Part shown: positions 62,936 to 64,000 of the stretch, piece after piece | Numbering within the stretch: the stretch's first letter is position 1 | Layout: each line of letters begins with the position of its first letter | Assembly: GCA_037445205.1 (NCBI GenBank) | Contig: JBBIKX010000001.1 | Span: 8,767 to 72,766, forward strand | Source: Candidatus Wildermuthbacteria bacterium | GTDB lineage: Bacteria; Patescibacteriota; Minisyncoccia; Minisyncoccales; PEYH01 | DNA: 64,000 nucleotides | Direction: 5' to 3' | Position numbers and translations under genes: made by a program | The notes under the pieces: generated by a model | Database searches by the model: none | What the model was told of the DNA's origin: nothing | What the model saw: only the letters and a program-made list of their open reading frames with translations

Positions 62936-62939
62936 TTTT

Positions 62940-64000
62940 CTATTCTTCAATGATTTCTTCTATTTCCTCGGCAATAATTTTTGGGATTTCGTTTTCAAAA
63001 TTAACGCGGCCCGAAATGAAAACAACTTTATTTTCCTGCAGGGCGGCCGGATTTTTTTCAATGATGCTTGGAAAAATAACCGTTTCTATTTTCTCTGAAA
63101 GGTCCTCAATTTCAACAAAAAGCATTGGTTTGCCGTTCTTGGTGATAATTCTTTTTATTTTGTTGATGAGTCCGCCAATCTTTATTCTGGTCCCCGGCAT
63201 AATTTTTTTGACAAACGAGATGGGAAAATTATTTTCTTTATTTACGCCATTTTGGTAAATCTTTACTATGGGAGTTGTTTTTTCAGCGATTATTTTCTCC
63301 ATAGACCTTAGAGGATGTCCGGAAATATAAAGGCCCAGCAGTTCTTTTTCCCACAAAAGCTTTTCTTTTTCATGGGCATCTTGGCAATCTTCCATTTTCA
63401 GGCCGGGATTAATTTTGGGCAATCCGTCAAAAAGCCCTTTTTGCCCGTTAGATTTTGACTTTTTAAGCTCTCTATTATATTCAAGCAATCTCTCCAAATT
63501 TTTCAAAAGCTTGTTTCTTTTTTCGAGGTTGTCAAAAGCTCCCGCCTTGATAAGCGCCTCCATTGATTTTTTATTGAGATCTTTGCAATCTATGCGATGG
63601 ATAAAATCGCTGATTGATTGGTACTTGCCATTTGATTTTCGTTCTTTGACGATTGTTTCTACGATATTGTGCCCCACGTTCTTAATCGCCAAAAGCCCAA
63701 AGCGGATCTGATTTTTTCCTACCACGCTGAAGTTTTCAAAGCTTTCATTGATGTCGGGACCAAAAACTTCAATTTTCATTCTTTTGCATTCTTCCAAAAG
63801 AAAAGCGATTCTTTCCACGTCCTGTTTTTCGCAAGCCAAAACAGACGCCATAAACTCCACCGGAAAATGCGCTTTTAAATACGCGGTTTGATGCGCAATT
63901 GTCGCGTATCCGACGCTGTGGCTTTTGTTGAATCCATAACTTGCGAACGGCAAAAACCATTGCCATATTTTCTGGGCGATTTCTTTTTTAATGTCTTGAG
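62940..64000 (-). CDS. dnaE: DNA polymerase III alpha subunit, C-terminal part (5' end beyond the window)
   Basis: Contains FASYGFNKSHSVGYA and an OB-fold tail. The frame stays open through 64000. Confidence 0.92.
   Translation of the reverse strand, partial: QDIKKEIAQKIWQWFLPFASYGFNKSHSVGYATIAHQTAYLKAHFPVEFMASVLACEKQDVERIAFLLEECKRMKIEVFGPDINESFENFSVVGKNQIRFGLLAIKNVGHNIVETIVKERKSNGKYQSISDFIHRIDCKDLNKKSMEALIKAGAFDNLEKRNKLLKNLERLLEYNRELKKSKSNGQKGLFDGLPKINPGLKMEDCQDAHEKEKLLWEKELLGLYISGHPLRSMEKIIAEKTTPIVKIYQNGVNKENNFPISFVKKIMPGTRIKIGGLINKIKRIITKNGKPMLFVEIEDLSEKIETVIFPSIIEKNPAALQENKVVFISGRVNFENEIPKIIAEEIEEIIEE

Larger units (their letters stand above)
61929..62939 (-). other. GC-rich foreign cassette E
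   Basis: Lines 62521-62640 count about 48-53% G+C. Has a canonical SD, its own promoter and hairpin, and fills the dnaE to kinase gap exactly. Confidence 0.65.

Noticed and set aside
16402-62939. The idea that the GC-rich cassettes are integron gene cassettes, IS elements or MITEs
   Set aside because: No attC-like imperfect palindrome, intI, transposase, terminal inverted repeats or target-site duplications could be found at the borders. Integron cassettes are normally promoterless and arrayed, whereas these are dispersed and carry their own promoters.
61885-62953. Plus-strand ORFs antisense to the methyltransferase (61885-62385, 61965-62180, 62407-62628, 62747-62953), and the minus-strand alternative frame 62768-62950
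   Set aside because: The minus-strand frame 61984-62859 carries clear SAM-methyltransferase motifs and an SD. The others are GC-driven shadows.
1-64000. Search for CRISPR arrays, rRNA genes, transposases, integrases, reverse transcriptases, and known defence or toxin domains
   Set aside because: No regularly spaced repeats, no rRNA-like conserved stretches, and no ORF-track proteins with the corresponding motifs were seen.

Overview
This is an AT-rich bacterial chromosome segment, roughly 35-40% G+C by eye (not computed), made up almost entirely of housekeeping genes.

Gene order:
- str operon: S12 fragment, S7, EF-G, a small ORF, EF-Tu.
- S10-spc block: S10 through L15, then SecY, Adk and Map. 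There is no L30 gene.
- A 6.9 kb non-ribosomal block: GT2 glycosyltransferase, GalT, TpiA, a YkuK-like protein, AlaRS and a hypothetical protein.
- IF-1, L36, S13, S11, S4, RpoA, L17, L13, S9.
- An excisionase-type HTH gene, a PEGA-like surface protein, MurA, MreB, HolB, Frr, RseP, ProRS, a second MreB, and GatC/GatA.
- Three tRNAs (fMet-like CAT, CAT, Asp-GTC).
- PheS/PheT, GyrB, SecE-NusG-L11.
- A five-gene pyrimidine deoxynucleotide cluster, then GatB.
- MiaA, a MiaB-like protein, YjbQ, ThrRS, a histidine kinase and a DnaE fragment.

The missing L30, L11 not followed by L1, short aminoacyl-tRNA synthetases, lysine-rich ribosomal-protein extensions and the near absence of Shine-Dalgarno sequences fit a reduced CPR/Patescibacteria-like genome. 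That placement is an inference.

The main anomaly is five loci holding 7 transcription units and 8 ORFs of clearly foreign composition, about 47-60% G+C in hand-counted lines. Each unit has a sigma70-like promoter, a canonical GGAGGT(G) Shine-Dalgarno sequence and a GC-hairpin terminator, and each is wedged exactly into an intergenic gap of the backbone. They encode three small membrane proteins, a DAGK-type lipid kinase, three tiny soluble proteins and a SAM methyltransferase. Four units share a leader architecture, and one has removed the miaA stop codon.

Other notable points:
- A 19-bp direct repeat of the tRNA-Asp 3' end brackets a 1.2 kb insertion that encodes a pilin-like fusion protein.
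- A ThyA homologue carries Asp at the Asn177 specificity position, which predicts a cytosine substrate.
- A perfect 35-bp duplication lies between nusG and rplK.

No rRNA, CRISPR array, transposase or integrase was seen. All calls come from reading the sequence and the ORF track by eye; no database search was possible.
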